Shown here one piece after another: positions 9,278-21,300 of a stretch of DNA of 64,000 bases (the first letter of the stretch is position 1; each line of letters starts with the position of its first letter). The notes beneath the pieces were generated by a model. The model was not told the origin of the DNA. It saw only the letters and a program-made list of their open reading frames with translations, and ran no database searches. The DNA is from Lama glama (Eukaryota), in contig CM052817.1 in assembly GCA_028534125.1 (NCBI GenBank), forward strand, positions 92,134,001-92,198,000. Direction: 5' to 3'. Position numbers and translations under genes: made by a program.

Positions 9278-12200
9278 AACGGCCGCGTGGACGCGCCTGG
9301 CTGGATTTCCTTATTCCAAGCAAGGTATCAGGCGAGCCCAAGTTGTTCTTATACATTTATGCATCATATTGCAGAACTGTGCATGACCAGGCAGAAACAT
9401 TGAAGCTTCACAGCAGTTGTCTATCATCCCTATCCATGTGGAAAGAAAAAGGCAAATGAGTGGCTTGTTTTAAAAACCCAGGTAATAAGTCCTAGCTAGT
9501 GATAACCCTGCTTACAGACACTTGTTCCAACTATAGGCCAGTCTTAAAACATAAATACCAAATCCCGAACAAAAATAAATAGGCAACAAAAAACTTGGAA
9601 TATTAATTCACTGTACATAATGATTGTTGTTATTAGGGCAATTATTGTTTTACTTACCCTTGGAAAAAATTAAAATAAAGCAAGCGGGGACTTGGAGGTG
9701 AGACTAACAGTACATTTTAACAGACTGTTTTGAACACTAGGTGCTAATGACAGCAGTAATTAAGGGTCCTTCGTAAATCAAGTGGAAAGATTGCAGATTT
9801 CATGGACTAGAACTATAGGAAAACCACAGCATTTCACAGTTTGTCATAACCAAAACAAAAACAAGCAAAAATAAGGCTTACTTTCTTGCTAGATAATTTC
9901 TTTCTGCTTAAGTGAATTCACAGTAAGTACAATTAAAACGGAGTAGCAATCCCAGAAAGCAATCTAAACTTTCTGTCAATTTCCCAGATATTGAGTATCA
10001 AAAAAAAATAAAAACCCACACTAACAAGAACTAAGGATCAAATATAACATCCTTGAATCTGGACTTAACCTATTGCATATACATAATTTTGAAAAAATTT
10101 ATAATATAGAGTAAGAGCATTGCTGTGATCATCAGTAGGACAAAGTCTTAATTGTGAGCTGTTAATAATAAGGCATTTTGTATTATCTCAATAAATCTTA
10201 TAGAATTAGTTTTTAGGGTAAAAATACACCCCAGTTTTCTAAAATAGCCAGAAATAAAAGAACTTTGGATCTCATGCATTAGTCATGAGATCTGATTTAA
10301 ACCATCTTCATTTCTTGGCATTGCAGATTAGCATAGGATGCTATTTCTAACCTCATAATGTGAGCAATAAGAAGCTATATTTTTCTCCAATTAATCAGGT
10401 CTATATGGTGAACTGTATCTTTAACATTCATTGGATTATATGGTAAAATGGGCAGAAAATATTGATTAATGTGGTGTGAGGTTACCTCTAAGTAGTGAAA
10501 CCAATGTGAGAGAGTATCTCTCACTGAAGTTGCCATACTTTTTCAGAGGGCTAGTTAGTTAACACACAACTTTGTATCATAACTGTCCCTCCTTCACGTC
10601 TGTTAGGAAATTAAACTGAGTTCTATAGCAAAAAGGCAGTTCAGATTCTGAAAACAGAAAATTATAAGAAATTATAAGAAAAGACATCACAAAGTGGCCT
10701 TTGTCTGTTTCACATGTTCACTAAATAATATCTCTATTAATTCAGGAAACACATGGCTTCACTGCAGAGAGGAAGCTATGACTCTGCATTCACGCTGCTC
10801 TTTCTTCACTAGAATTTTTCTTATTCCTACCTACATCACCCATACAAGCGTGCAATTTGATTTACAGAGGCAGCAAGTTTGAGGGTCTTGAGCATTGGGT
10901 CTTCAGTTTAGAGACTTGGGTTCCAATTCTAACTTTTTCCTATGCCTCAGAATTTAACTTTTCATTGAGAGTTTGTCATTCTGAAAAAAAAATTCAACAG
11001 TAGCAGCAACACACATTCCCATCAAGCTGTTTACCTCTCCTATCATGAAGGGAAGCCAAGAATACACGAAAATTTGCATCCTTCCCTTTGGGGGACCAGC
11101 AGATGGAGGAGCATACTTGTGGCTTTACCCCAGAGCTCCCCAAAGACAAGTGGAGCTATTCTTGCACAACCACAGTATAGTTTACTGCCCGAGTTTAGTG
11201 CATGAGTGGACTGACTAAACACAAAAGAATGGCTGACCGTTTATGGGTATAGGTACACACACACACACAGCACCCATCTTTTATCTCGTCAAGATGGTAA
11301 GAGTGGCAGCCACAAGCTCCAAGACCAAAATGTGGGAAAGGAAGGGCTGTGAAGCTGTGTAATGGCCCACTGGAGGGTGAGGGGTGAGTCTTTGAGGAAA
11401 TTAACCTGTGCGGTAAGTACTCCTCTGTGACATACTTGAGGTCAGAAACCCCATCCTAATTGTGCAGGACGATTAGAAGAAAGAAGCAGGAAGTGAACAA
11501 GACTTGGGTCTTGAGCAATACAGGCAAGTTACCCTGAATTACAGATGTTTATCTACTCTGGTCACCTTAGAAAAAGCAGAGGCTTTTATACTGGCTACTT
11601 CTAGACTCTCCTATAAGGATATATATTCCTACAAGGTTGCCAGCTTTCTTCATCACCATACTAAAGAATTCTTTGAAAGTCATAGGTAAGTCCAAGATCT
11701 GGGGAAGCAATTTTGGTTCCTTCTCCCTACCGAGCACCCTGGTAGCATGACCATCTTGATCTTTTATATGCACCTGCTACAAAGCAAAGCTCTGGATGGG
11801 AGCTATAGACATATCCTCAGTGCTGTTGCTCTAGAAAGGCAAAGAAATCTGAGATGCCATAGCAGTGACAAGAAAGAAATTACGTGGTTGCATCCCAAGA
11901 CACTGATGATCTCTGCCTGGATGCCAAAGAGAAGAAGGGCTTGCAGAAGTCCCTGTGCCAGGTTGTGCTAAGGCTCTGGCTCTAAGCCAAAGCTGACAGT
12001 TCTAGGGAGCTGAACCAGATTCCCTTTTCTTTAGGCCAACTCTACATCATCTTCCCATGTCCTTCTGATAGGGCCCAGTGTCCCAGAGCTAAGAAAGAGG
12101 GCTTTGTGTAAAACTACTGTGTAAGTGCCGTTTCTGCATCCTTATTAACGTGGATCAATAGAGCTGGCTTCATAACTGTCCCCTAAAAGAATACTTGGTG

Positions 12201-12369
12201 ACCAAGGTAGAGTAGGAACCCTCTGCTGCCCACCTACAGGTAAGCAGACCTTTTTATATTTGCCCAGAGTGGGCCCAGGAAGCCTTGAATTACTAGCAGC
12301 AGTGGGGAGTTTGCCCTCCACTACCTAGTAAGAGCTATCACTTCAGGAATTCCATGAAGAGAGTGATGG

Positions 12370-12810
12370 CCTTCTGTGGGCCAGGCACTGTGGTAGGCAC
12401 TGGGAATTCAACAGAACAGTGTATGGAACACCATCCCAACCTCAGGGATAGCCAACTCGATTCAGGGCGGTAGATACAGTGATGGGACTAATGAAGTGGG
12501 CCTGGGAACATGTAAATGGGGCCTCCAGGACATGCCTGGGGGGGTCTCCGCGGGCACTCTAAAAACTGGGCAGAAGTGAGCCAAGCAAAGGTGGGGGGCA
12601 GGTCCAAAGTGGGGAGCTAGGAGACAGTGAAGTAAAGCCCTGAGGCAAACCCACCAGGAGTTCCCTCTCACAGGGTCTCACGTGAGTGTGAGCGGATGTG
12701 ATGAGAAATGAGGCTGGGGGAAAAGCAAGAGGCAGATCTCCCAGAAGCCTAGACTCTATCTTTGGGACAATGCTGCCATTGAAAGGATTCTAGCTGATGT
12801 CTACTTTTTA
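12370..12810 (-). mobile_element. L2 fragment
   Basis: gccaggcactgtggtaggcactggga at one end and gccattgaaaggattctagc at the other, typical of the antisense L2 3' region. Confidence 0.55.
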
Positions 12811-12842
12811 CTCAGGCGATGCAGTGGTTATGTTATTTATAC

Positions 12843-13077
12843 TGTTTTCTAGGGAGTGTTCTGAAGAACCCGGTCCTGTAAGAGGTTTCACCAGAAAGGC
12901 TTCTGAGCCAAATACGTTTAGGAGATGATCTGTACTGCATCTCTCTCTCGAAGATTCATTACCACGGTGAGGGCCACAAGAAATCTTGCAACCAAGCATG
13001 TTTAACTTTGTTTAACCTAGCGTTGCCAAAATCCTGTTCTGTCCCACAGAATGAAACACACTCTAGAAAGCTCTGTG
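12843..13077. mobile_element. hAT-Charlie-type MER fragment (subfamily uncertain)
   Basis: Contains tgtttaactttgtttaacctagcgttgccaaa and degenerate terminal repeats resembling Charlie-derived MERs. Confidence 0.45.
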
Positions 13078-14109
13078 TAGGAGAGAGTAAAAATTGAAGG
13101 CAGTTGTAAATCTATGTAAGTTCAAGACAATTGCCTGGACAGGCAGTCTGTGACAAAGACCACACTCCCCTTACCATCAGCTCTGCCAGAATCACTAGCA
13201 CCTGGGGTTCAAGATCCTTCCCCAACCTTAACTGAATGTGTTGAATTCTGACCTTTAAGTAGGGGGGATGTAGCAACCCAGAGGCAAAAATCCCAGAAGG
13301 GTGAATCTGACCAGCATTTTTGAGTATTAGTACTCTGAGTTTGTCATGTTAATATCCATCTCTGTACAATAAAACCTCCTTATTAGGGGGAAAGGTCAGT
13401 CTTATTTAACTGAAAATCTTACTTATGTAATATCTTTAAAGATAGTTTCATAACTTTTGAAGCATGCATTCTTCCAGTCTAATCATTACTGGCCTCTTGG
13501 AGCTATTTTAATGCGCTCCTTCTACTTATTAAAAAAACCAATTGTATGCAGATGACAGCCCCGTAGGCAAGGGGTGTTTCGAAAGTTGGTTTCCTTAAGT
13601 ATTTAAATATCCCTATCAAGACCCCGTTTACATGATTAATTTTCACTTTTTATTAAGAAGAGGTTTACTAAGCTGTAGGTCATGTCATAAATTTTGAAAG
13701 AAATATGAATTAATGGGTTTATTTTCTTATTTATATATTTTAAATATGTGTGTAATCATTTTATGGTTATCGGGAGAAAGGTTATCTAAAGTCCATGGCA
13801 GATAAATTCTTTAAAAGCTTTTTGTTCTGTTTCACGTATATGTACCTTTATTCTCAGGCTAAGTAAGTTGATGTAATAAAGCATCTGCCTTGAACAAGGT
13901 CTAGCTTCCATGTAAGATGTTGAAGACCTCTGAAATTTGGGGACAATCTTTATAAAATCTCTTATTTATTGAGGCCTACCAGCAGCCAAACCATTGACTT
14001 CAGAGACAATTATTTAACACATAACTGAAGAACTGAAAAACTGTACTTTTTTTGTTATAAACATTTACTGGTGATCAGCAATAGCCTCAGATATCATTTT
14101 AATGGTCAA

Positions 14110-14275
14110 CGCTCAGTGAAAACTTGCTCTAGTCCAGGTTCTATTATTGGCCCCTACTTCACTGGTAAAGAACCTGAGGCACAGAAAGCTTACAGAACTT
14201 CCCCCAAGCCACAGATGCAAAGTGGCAGAGTCTGACCTTGAACCCAGGAGATCTGACCCCGGAGCACACGCTATT
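14110..14275 (-). mobile_element. MIR SINE
   Basis: Core gaacctgaggcacagaaag...cccaagccacagatgcaaagtggcagagtctgaccttgaacccagg. Confidence 0.75.
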
Positions 14276-16003
14276 GAAGGAACATGACATGGAAGTAGGT
14301 TCCTAAGGTGCCTTCTTATTTTAAGGGTCTACATTTCTGTGAAACTAAGATCACTGCCTTTTATCCAGATATCACTTCAACTGAAGGCTGAGGCTGCTGC
14401 TGCAGTGTTTAGGAGGGCTTCAGCTCAGGAGTCATTCTTCCAGAAGCCAGGCCTCCCTCAGCCCCCATTCTGGGCTAGTCACCGTATCAGAGCTCTGAAC
14501 CATGTGCGTTTCTCTGTCTTGGCACTTACATAATCACATTATGTTCTGTGTATTTACCTAGTTCTCACTTAGGTTTTATTGGTCTTTGGACGTAACCATG
14601 AGAGAGCTCCAGAACTGTGTCTGGGGAATGAGTAAATGAAAGAGTGAATGATTCTCAATTTCCCAAAGTTACAAAATGGGAAGGGAGTTGTGACCAGTCC
14701 TGAACAGGAGACCCTAGGAGATGACTACTGCACTGCCATTCTGTAGAAACTATGTGAATACAGTACGAGAAAATCACAGTAACATGTGATTTATCTGTTC
14801 GAAATGTAGCTTCTCAGGGATTTGAGGTAGTGTGTAAATTCGCTTGGAGAGGTGCGGAGTGGAAGAGAGGTAGATGGAGCAGGGCCAGCCTCTTACAGAT
14901 TCTATCGGAGCATCTGTGTCTGTCTCATCTACTGGACACCCGGGACCGTGAGTCAGATACTAGGCAAGGCTTTTCCCATGTTATCCAACTTCATAATCCC
15001 AACAACCCTAGGAGGTATGTAAACCAGAGTCGGCCCAAAGGTGCCTTTAACATGAATTCAACTTTAACATGAATTCAACTACATGCTCTGTCTTGTGTAT
15101 TTTATATATATAGTCCATCTATCTAATCCATGCTCAAAAGTAAACAAGAGAGGGGGGAACTATTTTGGAGCTGCTCAGTCGGCAGAGGAATGTACCAAAC
15201 TATGTATACTTATTTCACTTCATGGATGATGTGAGGGTTTTAAGGTGATTACAATTACATGCTGAGAAAGATATAACTCCACCACATTATTATTCCTATT
15301 TTGCAGATAAGAAAATGAAGGCTTAAAGAGTTTACATAACTTGCATCCAAATCAGCTCCAAAGCCTCCGTCTTATGTACCTGTCTGGATCCCCTTTGTGT
15401 GGTTTTGTTGTTGTTGTTATGGTGGTGGTGGTGGTAGGGGCCTTGTAGCTATTCCCATGCTGCTATTGTCATCCATTCAGCAAATATTTATTGACTATTG
15501 ACAAGTTCTATGTTAGGTGCAAGGGATGCAGACTTGAACAGAAACATTTTCCTCCCCAAGGGAGTTTAATAATCTAGTGGGGAGAAGGAAATATAAATAA
15601 TACAACAGGCCAACATGAGAGTGTTGCAGTTAGCTCTTGATTGAGCAGAGTTTAAGGGAGGGTTAAGAACGGGTTTGTCTCGGTTAAAAAAAAAAAAAAC
15701 TAGTGAGAAGGGGATTGGAAAAAACAATTAACCTAAGCTTAGTTAGAATGATTAAGGAAAGGTTTACCATTCTATATCTAACATTCAAAAGGTAAAAAAT
15801 AGTAAGATTCGACAGTTTAAAAATACAAACATCATTTTCATCATCCGAGGAAAAATCCCCCAAAGGTATCTGTTTAATGGTTTGATATTGCCTGTTCCCC
15901 AGCCTAGTGCTCCCTTTTAAACTTTGGAACAAAGCCTGAGCAACATCAGTTTGACTCTGAGCAAACTGCATTCTTCACTGTTACTCTAGTAGACAGTCTA
16001 GGT

Positions 16004-16178
16004 CAGCGCTTTTTAAGCCACGTTGAGCTCTAAGAATTCCCTGGGAGGGGCCTCAGGGGCTGTGCGTGGTGGGGAGCGGAGTTGTTTGGGTCTTGGCTGT
16101 TCTTCAACTCAACTCAAATTGGAGTAAGATTTCCTTTGAAATAAGGGTCCCACGGCTAAAAAGTGTTTGAAAATAGTT
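16004..16178 (+). mobile_element. MER103-like hAT-Charlie element
   Basis: cagcgctttttaa...gcctcaggggc...agggtcccacggctaaaaagtgtttgaaaa resembles the recalled MER103C consensus. Confidence 0.55.
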
Positions 16179-17379
16179 CTATGTTTCATCTTGTTTTTGC
16201 TGGCCAACTCTCCCTCTCTCCCCCACCCAATCTCCACCCTCCATCAACACAGATTATCATTTCACTCTTCTTGATGTCACCACCCTTACTTCACGGTGCC
16301 TCAGGACTGGTTAACTTTGGCTCCAGAGTTTAGTGATCTGCTTGTTAATGTCAGCTTCCTCAAATTTCTTTTCATTCCTCTGAGCTGGGCAGATATAAGG
16401 ATGATCGAACTAAGTGTGTGATGAGATGGAGAAAACTGTATTGTCTAGAGTTCCATTGGGGAGCACTGTGCATGTTCAGAAAGCATGCTAGCATGGTCTC
16501 CCTGTTTTGCAGTGGTAGGGCAGGGTTTTCAAGACCCTAGAGTCATGCAAAGGTAGATAGATCGTGTATAGCCTGCCTACTAAGAAGGGTGTGTCCTGGT
16601 ACCACTGGGGTTTTGCCTTACTGAGTGGGGTATGCAAGGCTGGGACTATGGAGGAAAGACAGCTACTAGTGATCTAGGCTTTTCCCCTACTCTCAGTTTC
16701 TCCTTTGAGTAAATGCCAAACAAAGTGATTTCAAGGTCCAACTAAATGATTAACCTATCCAGGCATCCATATACCTTGATCTAGTCATGTGTCTGGTTAT
16801 ATGCTGGCTAGTGGGGAGACCAGAAAATCATTGAATGTGAAATGTGACAATGTTAGGATCAGACTATTAGTTAGTGCCCATGAGACTTAAAACAAACGCC
16901 TCAGCTTTGGCTGCAACACTTTTCATTTTTTCTGCATCCCCTCCTGCCAGTTCTCTGTTAAAGAAAATCTTCAGCATGGGAGAAGGAAAAGGTGTGTAAT
17001 GCCTCAGGTGCCATAAGGAACAGACCAGGCATAGGGATGAAGTGAGGGCTGCCCAGGACAGAGGAAGCTTATTGATCCACTTCTGCTTACCATCCGTGCA
17101 TTAGTAACTGACAGATGTTGCAAAAAGGCAAGAAGACAAGGCTGACTGGCAAGGGGCAGGAGTCACTCAACCTTAAAGCAGAAGCAGTGTGGCATCTGTT
17201 GGTTAAAATGATGTTCCAACCACGGACGTTTTACAGTTTGATGTTATACAGATTTGTAGTCATAAAAACACTTTTTGTTGTTTTTACAAAAGCACTGGTG
17301 GTTTTTTTTTTTAACTATGTTAATCCATCTTAAGTATTGTTGTTTTGGGCTTCTCAATTACCACGCTCATGTCATCTAG

Positions 17380-17835
17380 TAACAGAACACCTTCATAGCT
17401 TTTCAAAACCCTCCTACCCACGTTCACAGCCCATGAATTGTACGGCGGGGAGGGGAGACTTCCTGGTTATAAGGGCAGGTTAGTCACTCAGGTCACCTTC
17501 CTCTTGAACATAGTGACTGATTCAAAGATGGGTGTGCAGCTAGACTGGTTCAATTAAAGCTCTCTCTGGGAATTTTGCTGGAAATACCAGAAGAGGAATA
17601 TTTTCTCCTCCAGAAATCCTGGAAGTTAAAGACCATAAAAGCTTGGAGCTGCCTGGGGCCAGCTTTGATATAACAATGACAAAGCCTGTTTGAAAATAAA
17701 GCCAACCCAGAGGAAAATAGAGCCAAGAAATGGAGATAGTCCTCGTGACACCATTTCTGTCCTGGATCCAGCTGGGCTTAAAGCCAAGATGCCCTAGAAG
17801 TTTCAATTATGTAAGCCAATAATTCTCCCTTTTCT
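17380..17835 (+). mobile_element. MLT1 (J/K-like) MaLR solo LTR
   Basis: gggaattttgctggaaata...ggagctgcctggggcc...aataaagccaacccagaggaaaatagagcc...cctggatccagctg...tgtaagccaataattctcc. Confidence 0.7.
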
Positions 17836-17837
17836 TA

Positions 17838-17960
17838 CATTTTCCTTCCTTCCTCCCTTCCTTCTTTCCTTCCCTCCTTCTTTCCTTCCTTCCTTCCCTC
17901 CCTCCCTTCTTTCAAATGTGTGTGTGTGTGTGTGCGCGCGCGCACGTGCGTGTATGTGTG
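17838..17960. repeat. Compound microsatellite: (TTCC)n-like polypyrimidine followed by (TG)n(CG)n
   Basis: Seen directly; the alternating tract runs 17916-17960. Confidence 0.9.
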
Positions 17961-18889
17961 AGTATTTTATACTTGAAATATACATCAGTTAGGGACTGGT
18001 TAAATAAATTACATTATATCCAAATAATGAATTATATGCAATAATTTAAAGGATTCATGTAGAGCTACGCATGAATTATTGCATTGCTTATCATAGCAAA
18101 AAAAAAAGAGAAAAAAGAAAAAAGAAAACAAACAGAAAACCACTATTAGGGGACAGGATAAATAAAGTATATTATATTCATACACTAAAATAAGCAAGTG
18201 TTAAAAATGAGTCATATTCAGGTATAGGGATTGTCATTAAAAAATCTTTATGACATATTATTGATTTTAAAAGGCAGTTTATAAAAATAAGTTACAAAAA
18301 TGCCCCTATATATTTTGTATAAAATTACAAAATTTTGTGTATATAAATCTAGCAAACTCTAGAAAACTGGTTATTCATCATTACTCTGGGATTTTAGGTG
18401 CTTTCTACTATCATGTATTATTTTCTTTATTGCTTTAATTGTGCGTGTGTGTATGTGTATACATATATATATAGAAAGAAAAGGAAAACTTTATATTTTC
18501 TAGAAAGAAGGAAAAATAAAGAAAGGAAAGGAGAGAGAATCTGAAGAGAAGGAAAAATGGGAATGTCTCTAGTCTGAAGTTTGCTGAAATGATTCAGGAA
18601 AAGATTCAAGGAGCAGGTGATACCATCTCATGAATCTTTAAAAGGTATTTTCTAGATGGACAGATGAGGAGGGGGCATCCAGAAAGATGAAACAAAAAAG
18701 GTGAAGGGGTTCAGAAAAGTGAGAAGCCATGATGTCTTAAGAAATAAGTTTTCTGATGTAGCAAATCAGTGTTAGTGAACTAGTATTTAATCTGAATAAC
18801 TAGGGCAGGACCAATTAAAGTCACTGTTAATACAAGGAATTTCATATCAGGACTGCATATGGGATATACAAGAGAAGAGAAAAATAATG

Positions 18890-20395
18890 TATTTCAAGGA
18901 CAGTGGTCTCTACACCCAGCTGCTTAACAACATCTCTCCTTTGAGGTCTAATAAATATCTCCAGCTTAATATGTCCAAAGCAGAACTCTGGATTTCCTCT
19001 CCACATCTGCTCCTCCTCCATGGTGGTTCATTTTCTGCATCAACCTGACAGGACCATAGTGTGCCCAGGTATTTGGTCACATATTATTCAGGGTGTTCCT
19101 TGAGAGTGTGTTTGGATGAGATTAACATTTAAATCAATAGGCAGTGAAGCAGACTTTCCTCCCTTATGTGAGTGGACCTCAGTCGATCAGTTGAAGACCT
19201 GAGTAGAGCAAAAAGGCTGGCCCTCCTGCAAGTAAGAGAGAATACCTCCTGCCTGGCTGCCTTTAAAAAGGGGCACTGGATGTCTCCTGCCTTCACACAA
19301 GAACTGAAACACCCTGGCATGTCCTTGGTCTGGAGCCTGCCGGCTGTGGGACTGGAAGGGCAGCATCAGCTCTCCTGGGTCTGTAGCTTGCGGACACACC
19401 TTGCAGATCTTGGGACTTGTCAGCCTCCACAATCACATGGGCCAACTCCCAATAGTAAATTTCTGTATGTATATGTATGTTTATGTGTATATATACATGT
19501 ATATAAGTTTATATATGTGTGTGTATATATACACACACATCCTATTGGTTCTGTTTCTCTAGAAAATCCCGACTAATATATTCTTCCTCTTCAGTGTCCC
19601 CGTAACAACAACAACAACAAAAAAATGGCAAAATGAGTCCACCAATGCCTTGGTATAAAAACTTTGGGGTCATCCTTGACTGTGCTCTTTCTCTCACACC
19701 TAAGATCCAACTCACAGCAAACCACGTCAGCTCTATGTTCACACTACCTAGAATCTGGCCTCGATTTATTTTGCCCCCTGCTATTATCATGCTCTAAACC
19801 TTCACCATCCTCACCTGGACCAAGGTGATAACGACCTAACTTCCACTCCTGCCCCTTTCCAGCCAACTATCCATACAGCAGCCAGACTGTCCCTTCTCAA
19901 ACATGTTAGATCATGTCCATCCTCTGCTCAAAACTCACAAACGGTTCCCATCTCATTTGAGGTGAAATCCAAAATCCTCACCATGGCCTGCCAGCCCCTG
20001 CAGGGTCTGGCTGCTCCTACCTCATTGGCTCTGTCTCCTACTACTCCTCGTTCACTCTGCTTTCTGGCCTCCTTGCCTCTTCTCCTTCTTCTTCTAAGAG
20101 GCCAGAAATTCCCTCTGTTGAAATGCTCTTTTCCCAGATCTCTGTCACTCCCATCAGATGTGTCCCTCAGAGACCTCCCCTCCACCTTGTGTGAAATAAT
20201 CCTCCCCCACTATCTTACCTCTCTTTTTGAGCCATATTTCACCACCAGGCATATAGTGCATCTTATTTTATTTTCTGAGTCCTCTTCTGTTCTGGGGAGC
20301 AGACAGTTACATTGTTCTCTGTCTTCTGCACATGGAGCAGAGGCGGGCACATGGTGGGCATTCAATACCTGTTTGCTGTTGAATGAATAAATGAG
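18890..20395 (+). mobile_element. L2 3' region, interrupted by an MLT2 LTR
   Basis: ctccagcttaatatgtccaaagcagaactc...ggggtcatccttgac...cagcagccagac...aaatccaaaatcctcaccatggcc, ending in ...ggcattcaatacctgtttgctgttgaatgaataaatga. Confidence 0.8.
19019..19580 (+). mobile_element. MLT2 (ERVL) solo LTR with internal (TA/TG)n
   Basis: Starts tggtggttcattttctgcatcaacctgac, contains ttggatgagattaacatttaaatc, and ends cctattggttctgtttctctagaaaatcccgactaatata. Confidence 0.85.
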
Positions 20396-21094
20396 CTTTC
20401 CACGCATTGAAGAAAACAGGATATTTTTGATGTAATATACTTAACATTTATTGATCAGGTATTGGGTAAGATGCTATGCTTCTGATCTAAGTTAACTCAT
20501 TTTGTTAACAACAAACCAGCAATTTCTGAATAAGGAAACAGGCAGAGGTAACCTTACTAATGTCACACAGCTGATAAGGGATGGAGCCTAGCTTCCAGCC
20601 CAAGCCAACTCCAGAGGCCACGCTTAGCTATTCAGAATGCACTTCTTGCAAATTCATTATAAGACACTGAAGAACAGTAGGGATTAAAAAAGACTTATTC
20701 TCTGAATTTATTTCCCAGGGATAAAAATATTTCCTACTCTGTAGTGTCTTCACCAGTTTACAACTAAACAGCATAACAGAGAAGTTAGTGGAAAGTCCAG
20801 GGGACTCCCTTGCAGGTTACATTGTGACACCTTTGAAGCAGTTTGGTAGAGAATAACAAAGTAACAGCAAAGACTTGATTGAAAATCTTTCTTGGGTCAT
20901 ACATACCTCTTAAATTTGGTAGGAGCTTTGCAAACCAACTTGGAGATGCTGGCCGTCCTTTTCAAACTGCTGAATGCATTCACTTATGGATCCAACAATT
21001 ATTTACTAAGTATCACTAGGTGTCAGGCACAGTTCTAGGCCCTGGGGATATAGCAGTAACTTCTTTCTTAAACTCACTTCCACCTGTGACAAAA

Positions 21095-21300
21095 TGGAGT
21101 TTATAGTGATTTGGAGCTAAATTCTGCAGTTGGAGAGTCTTGGGTACAAATCCCAGCCCTGCTGTTACTGGCTACACAACCTCTGGCAAGTCAAAAACTT
21201 GTCTAAATCTGTTTCTTTGTTTATAAAATGGAGGCAATATCGATGATAAGCTCTATCGCATTGGTTTACTAGCTGGATGACATGAGACTGCCAGATACAC
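21095..21300 (+). mobile_element. MIR SINE
   Basis: ttgggtacaaatcccagccctgctgttactggctacacaacctctggcaagtc...tctgtttctttgtttataaaatggagg. Confidence 0.7.

Larger units (their letters stand above)
5550..9310. promoter_or_regulatory. CpG island covering the MAML3 promoter, exon 1 and proximal intron 1
   Basis: Very high GC and CpG density with many GC boxes (GGGCGG/CCGCCC), against a CpG-depleted, AT-rich background on both sides. Confidence 0.92.
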
